Notes under the pieces: model-generated | Seen by the model: the letters and a program-made list of their open reading frames with translations, nothing else | Databases searched by the model: none | Told to the model about the DNA's origin: nothing | Source of the DNA: Mobula hypostoma | Taxonomy: Eukaryota | DNA: 64,000 nucleotides | Assembly: GCF_963921235.1 (NCBI RefSeq) | Contig: NC_086108.1 | Coordinates: 102,612,001 to 102,676,000 of the forward strand | Direction of reading: 5' to 3' | In this document: in pieces, positions 62,361 through 64,000 of the stretch | How positions within the stretch are numbered: position 1 is the stretch's first letter | How the letters are laid out: each line of letters starts with the position of its first letter | Translations under genes and position numbers: made by a program

Positions 62361-63244
62361 ATTGTTTTACCTTACTCCTGCTCAACGCATTGTGTAATGA
62401 TCTGATCTGTATGAACAGGATGCAAGACAAGCTTTTCATTGTATCTTGGTATATGTGGCAACAATAAACCAATACCAATTCCAAACTTTGCTTGCCTGCT
62501 TGACTAACATAATGGATCAGATAAATCTCATCCTCAGGCATACCACCCCAGAAACCAGACTCTGAGATTCTGCTCATCATCTTTGTCTTTGAATACAAAT
62601 TTAACATAATCCCAAGGTTGTACCCCAACCAACAACCTCAGAAGAAACTGGTATCAAATAGAGTCTGATTTCATTGTGCATGCTGAGTGATGAAAGGTTG
62701 GATCTGAGTGAAGAGAACTGTTCCTATGGACAGAAGGGTCTGCTACTGGAGGACAGAGGTTTAACATAATTAGTGAGAGAGCCAGAGGCAAGAAGTGGAG
62801 AAATTATTTTTAATCCAGGAAGTTGTAGTTATCTGAAAGGGCATTGCTGAACATAACTTTCAAAAAGAAAACTTGATAAGCCCTTGAAAGGGGAAACCAT
62901 GTGGGGCTCTGAGGAAGGAACAGGGGAGTGCCAGTAAACAAGTAATATTATTAGAAAGTGCTGGAAATACTCATCAGATCAGGCTGATTCTGTGAGAAGA
63001 GAAACTAAACTAACTTTTCAGCTGGAAGACCTTCATCAAACTGGGAAGAGAAGGCTGTTAAGCTACAGAGAGGATAGGATAAATGACAGGGTAAAACCTG
63101 GGTTACCATGGAGACAGGCTTACAGTCTATCCCCATCTTCACCCTGGTGTTGCCCTAGTAGAAACAATCCCCCAGCCAACACCATCACCTTTTCCCACAC
63201 ACCCACACCCCATTACCTAATGCTCTTTTTTTCACTCCTTCCCA

Positions 63245-64000
63245 CATTTATGAGGCTCTTAGACAAGTACATGGATGAAAGAAAAATTAAGGGTTAAATG
63301 CGGGTGGAAGGGTTAAACTGATCTTAGTGTAGATTAAAAGCTCATCACGCATCATGGGCTGAAGAACCTGTCCAATACGGTACTGTTCTATGTGATAGAA
63401 TCTCAGTCACACAGAAGCAGGCCCTTTGGCCCATCTAACCCATGCTAAACTATTATTTTACTTAGTCCCATTGACCCCCATCTGGACCATAGCCCTCCTT
63501 ACCCCTCCAATCTAAGTACTTACCTATATTTCTGTTAAATGTTGTAATCAAACCCACATCGACCACTTACTATTGCAGCTCACTCGACACTCTCACCACC
63601 CTCTGAAAGAAGAAGTTCCTTCTCAGGTTCCCCTTAAACATGTCACACTTCATCCTTAGCCCATGGCTTCTAGTTCCAGTCTCACCCAGCCTCAGTGGAA
63701 AAAGCCTGTTTGTATTAACCCAATCTATACCCCTCATAATTATGCATAGCTCAATCAAATCACCCTTCATTCTCCTAGGAATAAACTCCTGACCTATTCA
63801 GCCTTTCCCTTCAAGTCCCGGCAACTTTCTCGTAAATTTTCTCTGCACTCTTCCAATCTTATTGATGTATTTCCTGTAGAAAAGATATGAATAAAGTGTT
63901 CCATGTTCTCAAATAAGAAAATCTGCAGATGCTGGAAATCCAAAGCAACACAGACAAAATGCAACTATGGAAAAGAGTAAACAGTCAACGTTTTGGGCCA
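63245..64000. mobile_element. CR1 3' ends (both strands) and a PLE tail at the window end
   Basis: MKGDLIELCIIMRGID..RLFPL..TRSHGL..FFFQRVVRV; tctgcagatgctggaaatc tail. Confidence 0.75.

Overview
This is non-coding, transposon-saturated vertebrate DNA (intergenic or deep intronic). The repeat families look like those of cartilaginous fishes, most likely a batoid such as a stingray or manta; this is inferred from repeat style only. I found no host protein-coding exon I can support, and essentially every ORF in the track is TE-derived, repeat-derived or spurious. Content: many degenerate LINE fragments (CR1, Rex1/Babar, RTE, L2, possibly L1/Tx1), Penelope-like elements (RT + GIY-YIG) with hammerhead-ribozyme motifs in their terminal repeats, tRNA-derived SINEs with TSDs, Tc1 deletion derivatives, small DNA-transposon MITEs, two related solo LTRs (2895-4704 and 32049-33402, each with a 5-bp TSD), a ~3.2-kb pyrimidine-rich ~25-bp minisatellite, and a few short unique islands rich in homeodomain/Sox motifs. 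The most unusual signal is in the two solo LTRs: both carry tandem arrays of one hairpin with a conserved 17-nt loop, compensatory stem changes between the LTRs, and a consensus 5' splice donor overlapping the stem. Family names come from motif recognition, not database searches, and many boundaries are approximate.
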